A program made the position numbers and the translations under genes. Source: Polyangia bacterium (GTDB taxonomy: Bacteria; Myxococcota_A; Polyangia; Fen-1088). From it: a stretch of 61,278 nucleotides of DNA. Location: the NCBI GenBank assembly GCA_045802645.1, contig JBJMQQ010000052.1, forward strand, positions 1-61,278, in the 5' to 3' direction. Shown piece by piece: positions 28,119 through 37,983 of this stretch (position 1 is its first letter; each line of letters opens with the position of its first letter). The notes beneath the pieces are model-generated. The model saw only the letters and a program-made list of their open reading frames with translations, had not been told where the DNA came from and searched no databases.

Positions 28119-29138
28119 ATGAAGGGCGTCACGATCGGGCTGCTGGCGATCGCTGCGTGGCTTGCCGGGGCTGTGGCCGCTGACAGGCAGGCGCGCGCGG
28201 AGCCGACCGCGGATGACAAGACGCTGGCGACCATGCTGTTTCAGCAGGGACGCGGGTTGATGGCCGACGGGCGAATCCCGGAGGCCTGCCCGAAGCTAGA
28301 GGAGAGCCAGCGGCTCGTCCCCGCCGGCGGGACGATCTTGAACCTGGCGCTCTGCCACGAACAAGACGGCCGCCTGGCGCGGGCCTGGAGCGAGTTCAAC
28401 GAGGCGCTGGTCGTCGCCAAGCGCGACGGCAGGCACGATCGCGAGCTCGAGGCGGCGAGCCACGTCAGTGCGCTCGAGCCGCGCCTCTCTCGGCTCACCA
28501 TCGTGGTCCCGCCCGCCACGCGCGTCGAGGGGCTGGTCGTCGAGCGCGATGGTCATGAGCTCGGCGGTGGGGCGTGGTCGACGCCCATCCCGGTCGACGG
28601 AGGCGAGCACGTGATCCGGGCGACTGCGCTGGGGCGCGAGCCGTTCACGACGACGGTCGTCATCGGCAAGGAGGCCGACGCACGAACGATCGAAATTCCC
28701 GTACTGGCGACGCCGGTCATCGTGGTGGTGAGCCCGACCAGGGCCCCCGCGCCCGATGGCACGCCGCCGATGACGGCGTCCACCGCCAGGTATCTCCGAG
28801 TGGGCGGAGTTGCTACCGCTGGCGCCGGCGTCCTGCTGCTGTCGGGCGCCGGATACGCGCTGGCCATGGCGCTCAGCGCGAAGGACGCCTCCAATCCGCA
28901 TTGCTTCACGGACGGCTGCGACGCAAGCGGCATCCAGAGCCGCAAGGACGCGGTTTCGCGCGGAGACGCGGCCACCTTCCTGGGCATCGGCGGAGCCGTG
29001 CTGGTCGCCGCGGGTGCGACCGTCTATTACTTCGGTCGCCGATCGGGGTCGCCGCAGCCGGAGACACGAGTGTCCGCTCGCTTGGTTGTCGGTGCCGCGC
29101 CGGGCGCCGTCGTGACTGCAATCGCGGGAGGATTTTGA
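28119..29138 (+). CDS. TPR/PEGA-like exported protein with C-terminal hydrophobic segments
   Basis: Signal peptide; ACPKLEESQRL..GTILNLALC; PIPVDGGEHVIRA; C-terminal TM/beta segments. Confidence 0.8.
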   Translation: MKGVTIGLLAIAAWLAGAVAADRQARAEPTADDKTLATMLFQQGRGLMADGRIPEACPKLEESQRLVPAGGTILNLALCHEQDGRLARAWSEFNEALVVAKRDGRHDRELEAASHVSALEPRLSRLTIVVPPATRVEGLVVERDGHELGGGAWSTPIPVDGGEHVIRATALGREPFTTTVVIGKEADARTIEIPVLATPVIVVVSPTRAPAPDGTPPMTASTARYLRVGGVATAGAGVLLLSGAGYALAMALSAKDASNPHCFTDGCDASGIQSRKDAVSRGDAATFLGIGGAVLVAAGATVYYFGRRSGSPQPETRVSARLVVGAAPGAVVTAIAGGF

Positions 29139-31267
29139 TGCCGCGCCACCTGCGTCACCTGGTCTTCGCCACGGCAATGCTGGCGAGCGGGTGCAATTCC
29201 GTCTTCGGCATCAGCCCAGGAACGCCGCGCCCGCTTTGCACCAGCAATCCGCTGGAGCCGCTGATCGACGACCTGGAGGACGGCGACGTCTACATCTGCA
29301 CCTTGGACGGCCGGAGCGGGGGCTGGTACACGGTTGCCGACCTCACCAGCTCGGATTTGACCCCGGGGTTTCCGTTCGCGACGACGAAGATCCCCGGCGG
29401 GCGGGGGACCAGCCAGTATGCGGCACGGTTCAGCGGCTCCGGTTTCACGGATTGGGGCGCGGTGATGGGCTTCGGCTTGAACCAGCCCGGGATCGGAAGG
29501 CTGCCCTATGACGCGAGCTCGGCCGGCGGGATCAAGTTCTGGATGAAGAGCAACGCGCCCGTACAAGTGCAATTGCTTCTCCCGGAGACGACCCTCCCAA
29601 GCGATGGCGGAACCTGCTCGGACAGCGCAGCCGGACGCAACTGCAACAACGCCTTCTCGTTTCAGATCACGGCGCCCAGCAGCGATTGGACGGAGTACCA
29701 GGTGCCGTTCTCAGCGCTCACTCAACCCGGCGGCTCCGCCACGTGGAATCCGCGGTTCCTGCTGGCGGTTCAGTTCGCGGTCGGTCCCGGCGCTGCGTTC
29801 GACGTGTGGGTCGACGACATTCGCTTCTATCACTGCTCCACTTCCGACTGCCATCCCACCTGCACGGATCCCGCGTTTCCCGTGAGTTGCCCCGCGACCA
29901 CTCACAGCGCGGCGGGCTGCCGGCCACCGGGCACCGATTGCAGCAGCGTCGCCACCTGGTGCAGTGATCCGTCCGTCATTGACGACATGGAGGACGCCGA
30001 CTCCGAGATCTGCGGGTCGGGCAAGCGCCGCGGATGGTGGTACGGGTTCGGAGACGGGACGCCGGGCGGGACCCTGGCCCCGACGGACGGAGGCGACTTT
30101 TTCCCGACCGCCATCCCCGGAGGGCGAGGCACGAGCCACTACGCGGCTCGCCTGACCGGCTCCGGCTTCACGGGCTTCGGGACCATCTTGGGCTTGACCC
30201 TCAACGCCCAGCCGGCCGGAAACATGGCCTACGACGCGAGCGCCGCCAGTGGGATCAAGTTCTGGATGAAGAACAGCCAGCCCGTCGATCTCTACATTCC
30301 GACGGTCGAGACGTCGCCACCGGCCCAAGGGGGCGCGTGCCCGGACGGCGCCGCTGGCTCGAATTGCGGCTGGTGGTTCGACTTCAAGATCACCGCGCCG
30401 AGCGATCACTGGGTCGAGTACCGGGTCCCCTTCGCGGCGCTGGCTCAGAACGATGGATCCGCGCCGTGGAACCCGGCCCACCTCTTGAACATCAACTTCA
30501 ACCCGCAAAGGGATACCGCGTTCGACCTCTGGGTGGATGACATTCAATTTTACAGCTGCACGGGTTCGGACTGTCTCCCGACCTGCGCGGATCCGGCTTT
30601 TCCCGTGCAATGCCCGCCCAATGCACGCTACCCGGCCGGCTGCCGTCGCCCGGGAACGGATTGCGCCACCTTCGTTTTCGGCTGTGACTCGTCGAACACC
30701 ATTCACGCACCGACGGACGGGCTCCTCGCCACGTTCGCGGGGACGACCGGCGGCAGCGACGTCGCAGGGGACATCCTCGCGTTCGGCGCTCCGGCGCCGA
30801 CGTTCACCGCGGACGGCGGCTTGCACGTCACGCTGAACGCGCCCGCAACATCCACCGACCCCGCGCCGCTGGTCGTCTATCGTTTCCGCGACTGCGTCGA
30901 CGCGTCTGCGTTCACCGGCGCGCAGTTCTCGATCAGCGGCTCGCTCTCGGGATGCACGCTGCGCTACTTCACCGAGGACAGCGCGAACCTCGCGTATGAC
31001 GGAGACCCGACGTCGCACACCGACCATGGCACCGGCTCGCCGGGAGCCCTCCCGCCGTTTGCGACTTTGGCGGCCGGCCAGATCACGTCGCTGCCCCAAA
31101 CGGTGAAGCTGCCATTCAGTGCCCATTTGAGCGTGACGTCCGCACTGCCGATCAATCCCGCCAAGATCACCGGCTTGGGGTGGGCCTTCTCCGCCGATGC
31201 ATCCACCGGCGCCGGGACGACTTCCTGTGTCGCCGACCTGACCGTCTCCGACGTCCGGTTCTACTAG
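29138..31267 (+). CDS. Lipoprotein with two tandem CBM11-like domains and a third related domain
   Basis: Lipobox ASGC; duplicated IDD.ED.D...W..., YDAS...GIKFWMK, W.EY.VPF.AL.Q, FD.WVDDI.FY. Confidence 0.75.
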   Translation: MPRHLRHLVFATAMLASGCNSVFGISPGTPRPLCTSNPLEPLIDDLEDGDVYICTLDGRSGGWYTVADLTSSDLTPGFPFATTKIPGGRGTSQYAARFSGSGFTDWGAVMGFGLNQPGIGRLPYDASSAGGIKFWMKSNAPVQVQLLLPETTLPSDGGTCSDSAAGRNCNNAFSFQITAPSSDWTEYQVPFSALTQPGGSATWNPRFLLAVQFAVGPGAAFDVWVDDIRFYHCSTSDCHPTCTDPAFPVSCPATTHSAAGCRPPGTDCSSVATWCSDPSVIDDMEDADSEICGSGKRRGWWYGFGDGTPGGTLAPTDGGDFFPTAIPGGRGTSHYAARLTGSGFTGFGTILGLTLNAQPAGNMAYDASAASGIKFWMKNSQPVDLYIPTVETSPPAQGGACPDGAAGSNCGWWFDFKITAPSDHWVEYRVPFAALAQNDGSAPWNPAHLLNINFNPQRDTAFDLWVDDIQFYSCTGSDCLPTCADPAFPVQCPPNARYPAGCRRPGTDCATFVFGCDSSNTIHAPTDGLLATFAGTTGGSDVAGDILAFGAPAPTFTADGGLHVTLNAPATSTDPAPLVVYRFRDCVDASAFTGAQFSISGSLSGCTLRYFTEDSANLAYDGDPTSHTDHGTGSPGALPPFATLAAGQITSLPQTVKLPFSAHLSVTSALPINPAKITGLGWAFSADASTGAGTTSCVADLTVSDVRFY

Positions 31268-31382
31268 AGCGTGCCTGCTCAGTTGCGCCGAGTTGGCGCA
31301 ACTGCGGACGCGGCCAGCTGCTGTTTCCGGGCACTTCGAGCTGGCCTCCTCCTTGCTGAAGGAACGCGGCGGAGGAAGAGCC

Positions 31383-32084
31383 ATGACAACGAAAAGTTTC
31401 GTCACCTGGTTGGGTGTCGCCGTCGGACTCGGGCTGCAGCCGGCCTGCGGCGGAGGCGGACCGCAAGAGCAAACGACGCCGGTCTGCAGCGGGCTGCCGT
31501 CTGGTACGTGCGTGCTCACGGTCGAAGACGGATTCGTGGACGCAGCATTGGTGGTCACGGATGGTGTGTCGAACGGCAAGGTGCGCTACACCCCGGGACG
31601 GTTCTGCATGTCGGGCAAGGAGGATCCCGGCGCGACCAACATGAACTGGGGCTCGCTGCTGATCCTGTCGCTGGCGCCCGACGCGCCCGTCGGTATTGCG
31701 GCGCCGTTCACGGCCGCCGCCCGCGGCATCACCCAGGTCCAGTTCACCGTCGATCCGGCGCCCATCTCCGGCCTGAGGGTCGAGCTCTCGTCGGTTCAGC
31801 GTGCCGACTGCCTCACTCTCCCTGACTGCTTCACGACGGCGCCGTTCGTGCTCACGAATGACGGCAGCACGCCGACAGTCGTCGAGGACGCCGCGACCGT
31901 CACCGCTTCTCTGACTTCGTTCGTGCAACCCAACTGGGGGACTCCAGGTTTGGCTTTCGACAAGGATCTGATCGTGGGGTTGCAGTTCGGTCCACAGCAA
32001 CTGCCCGGCGTCGTCGCCGACTACGACTTCTGCATCCGTGACCTGAAGTTCCTGAACGCTGCCGGGCAGCAGGTGTCGCCGTGA
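31383..32084 (+). CDS. Hypothetical lipoprotein (carbohydrate-binding-like beta domain)
   Basis: Lipobox QPAC; FVQPNWG...FD...GLQF...YDFCI.DLKF, like the C-terminal domain of the upstream gene. Confidence 0.7.
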   Translation: MTTKSFVTWLGVAVGLGLQPACGGGGPQEQTTPVCSGLPSGTCVLTVEDGFVDAALVVTDGVSNGKVRYTPGRFCMSGKEDPGATNMNWGSLLILSLAPDAPVGIAAPFTAAARGITQVQFTVDPAPISGLRVELSSVQRADCLTLPDCFTTAPFVLTNDGSTPTVVEDAATVTASLTSFVQPNWGTPGLAFDKDLIVGLQFGPQQLPGVVADYDFCIRDLKFLNAAGQQVSP

Positions 32085-33706
32085 TCGGGCGGCCATCGCT
32101 CGCGGCCCTGCTCGTCATCGCGACGACCGCGATGGGCGGCTGCGGATCGGGGGGCTCTCCCGCGCCGTCGCACGACAGCGGTCGCACCGGGTGCGCGGCG
32201 GCCCCGACCGTGCCGATCGCCCCGGGTGGCTACTACGTGAACGGCAACACGGTCTGCACTGCCGGCGGTCGCCCGCATCTGTTTCACGGGGTGGATCGTC
32301 CTTCGCTGGAGTGGTCGAGCGGCGGCCAAGGCCTGCGCGCGGCTGACTTTCAGCGGATGGCCGCCTGGAAGGCGAACGTGGTCCGCATCGCGCTGAACCA
32401 GGACTTCTGGCTGGCAGCCTCTCCTCTTTACGATCCCGGGTACGCGCCGCTAGTCGATCAGGCGGTGCGGTGGGCCGAGGCGGCGGGAATGGACGTGATC
32501 CTCGACCTGCACTGGTCGGACGCGGGGACGCTCGGCAAGTGCGCAGCGAAGAGCGGCTGCCAGCAGAAGATGGCTGACCGCAACTCGGTGACGTTCTGGG
32601 CGGACGTGGCGAGCCGCTACGCCGGCGACGGTCGGGTGTTGTTCGAGCTCTACAACGAACCTCACGACATCACCTGGGACGTGTGGTTGGCCGGCGGCAA
32701 CACGGGGGATGGATATCAGGCCGCCGGGATGCAGCAGCTCTACGACACCGTGCGCGCCGCGGGCGCCGACAACCTCGTCAACGTCGGCGGTCTCGACAGG
32801 GCGTACGACCTGTCCGGCGTCCCCGATCACCGCGTCGCCGGCTACAACATCGCCTACGCGACGCACCCCTACGGCGGCTCCGGGGCCGAGCGCCGGTCGC
32901 GATTCTGGGACCTCTACTGGGGCGCGTTGACCGCCACCGATCCCGTGATCGTCACGGAGTTCGGTGACACGACGACCTGCTCCGACGACTACGCGCGCGA
33001 GGTCCTGGACTACGCCGACGCGCACGGCGCCGGATGGACCGCCTGGGCGTGGTTTCCGGGCGGGTGCGCCTTCCCGTCGCTCTTGACCGACTGGAACGCA
33101 CGCCCGTCGGTGGTCGGTGACACGGTCAAAGCCGCTCTTTCGCACTACGACGATGCGGCCGCGGCGGCACCACCCGGTTGGCCGATAGCCGTCGAAGGGG
33201 GGAGCGACCTCCGGTTTTCGTTCGATGCCAGCGACGAAGGCTGGCACCTGGCCATGCCCGGGGCAGCGACGCTGACCTGTGTCGCCACCGACGGCGATCC
33301 CAGCGCCGGCGCCCTGCGGCTGACGGCCACCTTCACCGGCTACGGGCAATACGCCGACGCGCTATACGTCTTCGGAGCGCCTGGCATCGACCTGACCGCG
33401 AAGACTCTCCGCGCGCGTGTCCGGCTGCTCGCGGGATCGCTGTTCGATCGCGGCGTGCAGCTGGTCGCGTTCAGCGGCCCGACATCCGTCGAAGGCGACG
33501 GACCCTCGCTCGACGCTGGCGGGCTGTCAGACGGCCAATGGGCTTCGCTGGACTTCCCGCTCGAACAGGCCCGCTCTGCCACCTTCGACCCGTCGCACGT
33601 CGTGGGGTTTGCGGTTCGACTCCGCACCGGCAGCGCGTCTGCGGAGAGTACGTTCCCGTCAGACGGTGGGGCCACGATCATCGAGATCGACGATGTCGCC
33701 GACTGA
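32081..33706 (+). CDS. GH5 glycoside hydrolase lipoprotein with C-terminal CBM-like domain
   Basis: NVVRIALNQ, ILDLHW, FELYNEPH, THPY, IVTEFG, WTAWAW. Confidence 0.9.
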   Translation: MIGRPSLAALLVIATTAMGGCGSGGSPAPSHDSGRTGCAAAPTVPIAPGGYYVNGNTVCTAGGRPHLFHGVDRPSLEWSSGGQGLRAADFQRMAAWKANVVRIALNQDFWLAASPLYDPGYAPLVDQAVRWAEAAGMDVILDLHWSDAGTLGKCAAKSGCQQKMADRNSVTFWADVASRYAGDGRVLFELYNEPHDITWDVWLAGGNTGDGYQAAGMQQLYDTVRAAGADNLVNVGGLDRAYDLSGVPDHRVAGYNIAYATHPYGGSGAERRSRFWDLYWGALTATDPVIVTEFGDTTTCSDDYAREVLDYADAHGAGWTAWAWFPGGCAFPSLLTDWNARPSVVGDTVKAALSHYDDAAAAAPPGWPIAVEGGSDLRFSFDASDEGWHLAMPGAATLTCVATDGDPSAGALRLTATFTGYGQYADALYVFGAPGIDLTAKTLRARVRLLAGSLFDRGVQLVAFSGPTSVEGDGPSLDAGGLSDGQWASLDFPLEQARSATFDPSHVVGFAVRLRTGSASAESTFPSDGGATIIEIDDVAD

Positions 33707-33731
33707 ACCAGGTCTCGGTCGGTCATGACGG

Positions 33732-33770
33732 CCGAACGGCCGGCGCGGTCTCGCCGCACCGGCCGTTCGG
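33732..33770. terminator. Hairpin between convergent genes
   Basis: CCGAACGGCCGG ... CCGGCCGTTCGG. Confidence 0.6.
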
Positions 33771-33792
33771 GGATTGTCTTCGCTCTTCTCTG

Positions 33793-34593
33793 TCACTGGA
33801 TGGTGGATGGCACGCCCTTCCGAACGTCGTCGGTCTTGCCGTCCGGAGTCTCCGTCCGCGGCGTCGTTTCCACCTTGGCCGTGCGAATGACGGACGTCAC
33901 CCCTTTGAGCCGCGCCAGGCTGGCGCTGGCGTGGTCGCTGTCCATGGCCACCGCCTTGTCGTAGGCGTCGCGGGCGTCGTCCAGGCGGTCCAGCTGCTCG
34001 TAGGCCATGCCGAGGTTGTTCCACATGTACGCCTCGACCGGCTCGAGCTCGACAGCCTGCTCCAGCGAATCGGCGGCCTCCTCGAACCGCTTCTCGTAGA
34101 TCAACGCGAGCCCCAGGTTGTTGCGCGCGTAGGAGCTCTCCGGGTTCAGCTCGACGGCCTTCTCGAAGGATGCAATCGCGTCCTTCCGCTTGCCCAGCAC
34201 CAGCTGAGCCCGGCCGAGCACGTTCCACGCGCCGGAGCGCTTGGGCGTGCGGAGGACGGCGATCTTCGCCATCCGAAGCGCCCCCTCGCCGTTGCCGGCC
34301 GTGAGCAGCTTGCGCGCGCGGGCGAGTGCCTCCGACTGATCGATCTGCTGATCGTCGTCGTCGTCATCGTCCTTCGCGGCGACCGGCTGCGGGTTGAGCT
34401 GGTCGTCGATCGTCGCGGCGGGCGGCGGCGTGGTCGGGACCACCGGCGGCGGCGGCACCTCGGATGGCGCCGGCGACTGCGCGGCGATCGGCGCCACCTT
34501 GTGGGGGGACGGCGCCAGGTCGTTGCAGCCGGCAAGGCCTGCAGCGAAGGTCAGGACCATCGAGATTCTCGTCATGCGGTAGGTGTTGGACAT
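33793..34593 (-). CDS. TPR-repeat lipoprotein
   Basis: Lipobox LAGC; AWNVLGRA, ARNNLGLA, MWNNLGMA repeats. Confidence 0.88.
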   Translation of the reverse strand: MSNTYRMTRISMVLTFAAGLAGCNDLAPSPHKVAPIAAQSPAPSEVPPPPVVPTTPPPAATIDDQLNPQPVAAKDDDDDDDQQIDQSEALARARKLLTAGNGEGALRMAKIAVLRTPKRSGAWNVLGRAQLVLGKRKDAIASFEKAVELNPESSYARNNLGLALIYEKRFEEAADSLEQAVELEPVEAYMWNNLGMAYEQLDRLDDARDAYDKAVAMDSDHASASLARLKGVTSVIRTAKVETTPRTETPDGKTDDVRKGVPSTIQ

Positions 34594-34624
34594 TGGGAAC
34601 GGTCTCCTTTCGTCCAACCGAAAT

Positions 34625-34640
34625 TGCAGCGCGCGTGCCA
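34625..34640 (-). promoter_or_regulatory. Sigma-54 (-24/-12) promoter
   Basis: Minus strand TGGCACGCGCGCTGCA (GG-N10-GC), about 30 nt upstream of the TPR gene ATG. Confidence 0.7.
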
Positions 34641-34750
34641 GCGCCGGTCGCCGCATGCGATCGGCCTTTCCGCGGCGCGATCGCGCCCCGATCGCGCGAA
34701 AGACGCAGAACGTAGAGGGGCGTTCTACGTATCCGGGCGTCGAGTGGCTC

Positions 34751-35503
34751 TCACGACCCGGCTTCGCGGATCGCCGCCAGGTAGCGACGGACCGCCTCGG
34801 ACAGACCGAGCTCGAGCGCGTCGGCGATGAGCGCGTGACCGATCGACACTTCATCGACGCCGCCCACCGCCTGTAGAAACGTCGAGAGGTTCGCGAGGTT
34901 CAGATCGTGGCCCGCATTCACCCCCAGGCCGTGATCGTGCGCCGCCCGCGCCGCCTCCGCGTACGTGCGCAGGGAAGCGTCCGCCCGGCCTTCCAGCGCG
35001 GCGGTCGCGTAAGGCTCCGTGTAGAGCTCGACCCGGTCGGCGCCCAGCGCCCGCGCCGCCTGCATGACGCCAGCGTCGGGATCGACGAACAAGCTGACGC
35101 GACAACCGTACGTGCGCAGCTCCGCGATCACGCCGCCCAGAGCGCCCCGCTCCGCCGGTGTGAGCGCCGCCAGGTTCCAGCCGCGGTTGCTGGTGGATGC
35201 TTCGGGCGCGTCCGGCACCAGCGTCGCCTGCGCGGGGCGCACGCGGGCGCAGTGCTCCGCCAGGCCGTGGAAGGGATTGCCCTCGATGTTGTACTCGGCG
35301 CCCGGATATCGCGCGACGACAGCCGCCAGCTCACCCACGTCCGACGGACGGATGTGGCGAGCATCGGGCCGGGGGTGCACCGTAATGCCGTCCGCCCCCG
35401 CATCAAGCGCGAGCGTCGCCAGCCGAGCCAGGTCCGGTATGCCGTTGTTGCGGGTGTTGCGCAGGGTGGCGATCTTGTTGACGTTCACGGAGAGCTTGGT
35501 CAT
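34751..35503 (-). CDS. pdxJ: Pyridoxine 5'-phosphate synthase
   Basis: LSVNVNKIATLRN, ITVHPRPD.RHI, NIEGNP, VSLFVD, VELYT, NAGHDLN, EVSIGHA. Confidence 0.95.
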   Translation of the reverse strand: MTKLSVNVNKIATLRNTRNNGIPDLARLATLALDAGADGITVHPRPDARHIRPSDVGELAAVVARYPGAEYNIEGNPFHGLAEHCARVRPAQATLVPDAPEASTSNRGWNLAALTPAERGALGGVIAELRTYGCRVSLFVDPDAGVMQAARALGADRVELYTEPYATAALEGRADASLRTYAEAARAAHDHGLGVNAGHDLNLANLSTFLQAVGGVDEVSIGHALIADALELGLSEAVRRYLAAIREAGS

Positions 35504-36248
35504 CACGCGTCCGCTACCAGCGTAGCGCCCGCGCCCGTCGCGCGCGAGCCTGCCCAGACCGTCACAGCGGCTGCCATGGCCAGAGGCACCCAGGCCACGA
35601 TGCCCGACGGCGCCGCAAGGGCGGAGTCGCCGCCGACCAGCAGCACCGTGGCCAGCCCGGCGGTGCCGTTCATGCTCCCGTGCGCCAGCGTGGGCGCCGT
35701 CATCGTGCCGCCGAGTCGGGCCAGCCCGACCAGCAACACGTTGATGATGATTGAAAGGCCGACCATGAGCGGGACGGCGAGCCACGGGTGCCCGGGATAG
35801 TTGAACCCGGCGACCACCAGCGGCGCGTGCCACACACCGGAAAATTCGCGACGGGTGCCACGCAGGCAGCGCCGATGACCAGGACGGCCAGCGTGCGCCA
35901 CGGCGGGTGCGCCGGGTTCAGCCGCGCGACGCCGAGCCACACGGACAGCGCGACCGCGGCGACGACGGTGGCCGGCGGGAGCAGGAAGGCGGCGACGATG
36001 GCCACGCGCGCATGCCCACCCGGCAATCCCGGCGGCCGGAACAGCCGGCGAACAGCGTCGCGCCACGGTCCCCCCGTCGCGGCCAGCGCGCCCAGCGCCG
36101 GAGCCCACATCGACACGCCGAGAACGACCTTCCGCTGCAGCGGCGAAAGCCACAAGGACAGGACCTGAAGCGGCCAGCTCCACCCGAAGGTGACCAGCAG
36201 GAAGCGACGCAGGCGACTCCCCTCAGACAGCGGACGCATCGGCGCCAT
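35503..36248 (-). pseudogene. CPBP (CAAX-type) intramembrane protease with internal deletion and frameshift
   Basis: N-half (FLLVTFGWSW, MWAPALGA) and C-half (GVWHAP, FNYP, AHGSMN) are in different frames joined near 35845; the EExxxR motif is absent. Confidence 0.75.
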
Positions 36249-36365
36249 TTTGCCAGGCGCGCCGCAAAGGGGCTCGTACGCCGTCGGCCTATCCGTTTGC
36301 CCGAATCCTGCAGCTTCGCCAGGCGTTGCGTAGGCGTGTCGTGATCGCGCCATTACGTCCGTCGG

Positions 36366-37880
36366 GTGGCGGACTCGGCAGCGGCACGGATCGACTTTCG
36401 GCCCGCCCTGCTGGTGGTCGCCGTGACGGTGGTGCTGCGCGCGCCCAGCTTCGTCTACCCGATCATGGACATCGACGAAGGGTCGTACGCCGCGATCGCC
36501 TGTCGAATGCTGAACGGCGGATTGCCCTACCGCGACGGTGTCGAGAACAAGTTTCCGGCGATCTTCTACCTCTACACGGCCGTGTTCCGGCTGTTCGGGC
36601 GTTACGACATGCGCGCGGTGCACGTCCTGGCGGCGGTGGCCGCGGTTTGCACGGCGCTCGCCATCGGGGCCATCGCGGCCACTCTGGTCCGGCGGCGCGA
36701 TGACGACGACCATCGCGCGCGGCAGGCCCGCTGGCTGGCGGCGCTGCTCTACGCCGTGTTCTCGGCGAGCTACGAGCCCAAGGTGCTGGCGGCCAACACC
36801 GAGCTCTTCGCCGTGCTGCCGGCGTCGCTGGCGGTGCTGGTCTACCTGCGGGCGCGCGGGCGGCCAGGCGCGTTCCTGGCGACGGGCGCGCTGGGCGCGT
36901 GCGCGTTGCTCTTCAAACAGGTGGCCGGGCTGCTGCTCGTCGCGCTGGCGGCTGACCTGCTGATTCGCGGGTTGCGCCGCCAGGACCTCCGGCGCGCCGT
37001 GGCGGGCGTCGCCCTGCTGGGTGTGGGCGTCCTTGCCGTCGCCGGCAGCGTCGCGACTGCATTTTGGCTGGAAGGCATCCTGCGCGACGCTGTGTTCTGG
37101 TCGTGGACGTACGTCTTTCACCACTACATGCCAGCGGCGTCCGCGTCGGGCGGCTTCGTCCCGAGGCTGTTCAAGTGCTTCGTCCCCTTCGCGCTCGCCA
37201 TGTCGCCCCTGCTGTTGCTCGGCCGCCACGTGCGACCGCGGGGCGAGGCGGTGGTCGTGTGGCTGTGGCTGGCGGCGATGGTCGGTGCGGCGCTCATCGG
37301 CGGACGGATGTACGGGCACTACTTTCTTCTGACGGTCCCCCCGCTCTCCGTTCTCGGCGGGGTCGGCGGCGTCGAGTGGCTGGCGAACGCGTCACCTCGA
37401 CAACGGCGCCGGCTGGCGGCCGTCGTGGGCTTCATGGCCTGCAGTTTCGTGACCGTCGCCTGGCTGCGCCGGGGCGCGACGGACAGCTGGGTCACCGTCA
37501 CACCCGACTACCGCCGCGCCGCCGCCTACGTTCGCGGGCGGACCCGACCGGACGACCAGCTGTTCGTGTGGGGGTGGTTCCCCGCGCTCTACGTCGACGC
37601 CGATCGCTGCCCGGCCTCACGCTTCGTCTACACGCACCTCTTGACCGGCGCGCGCTCGCAAAACGGCGCGACGACGCGCGGCCATCTGGTCCCCGAGGCC
37701 TGGCCGATGTTGATGGACGATCTGCAGCGCGCCCGCCCCGCCTACATCCTCGACACCTCGCCGGGCCGCTACGACTACCCCTATCCCCCCGAGCAGTACC
37801 CCGCGCTCGCCCGCTTGCTCGCGTCGGCGTACACGCTGGACGCCGAGCTCGAAGGCATCCGGATCTTCAAACGCAAATAG
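36366..37880 (+). CDS. GT-C glycosyltransferase (ArnT/PMT family-like)
   Basis: DIDEGSYA, PYRDGVENKFP, ANTELF, HYFL; many TMs. Confidence 0.8.
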   Translation: MADSAAARIDFRPALLVVAVTVVLRAPSFVYPIMDIDEGSYAAIACRMLNGGLPYRDGVENKFPAIFYLYTAVFRLFGRYDMRAVHVLAAVAAVCTALAIGAIAATLVRRRDDDDHRARQARWLAALLYAVFSASYEPKVLAANTELFAVLPASLAVLVYLRARGRPGAFLATGALGACALLFKQVAGLLLVALAADLLIRGLRRQDLRRAVAGVALLGVGVLAVAGSVATAFWLEGILRDAVFWSWTYVFHHYMPAASASGGFVPRLFKCFVPFALAMSPLLLLGRHVRPRGEAVVVWLWLAAMVGAALIGGRMYGHYFLLTVPPLSVLGGVGGVEWLANASPRQRRRLAAVVGFMACSFVTVAWLRRGATDSWVTVTPDYRRAAAYVRGRTRPDDQLFVWGWFPALYVDADRCPASRFVYTHLLTGARSQNGATTRGHLVPEAWPMLMDDLQRARPAYILDTSPGRYDYPYPPEQYPALARLLASAYTLDAELEGIRIFKRK

Positions 37881-37884
37881 AGGT

Positions 37885-37983
37885 GCGGCGATTCGGCCGC
37901 CTAATCTCCGCACGAAGTGCGGTGATCAAGATTGCCCGCGCGGCGATTGCGAGACATAATCTCCGCAGAGTAAGCGGCGATTA
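37885..37983. promoter_or_regulatory. Repeated inverted-repeat operator-like sites upstream of fic
   Basis: AATCTCCGC at 37903 and 37958 pair imperfectly with GCGGTGATC/GCGGCGATT; extra GCGGCGATT half-sites at 37885 and 37940. Confidence 0.6.
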
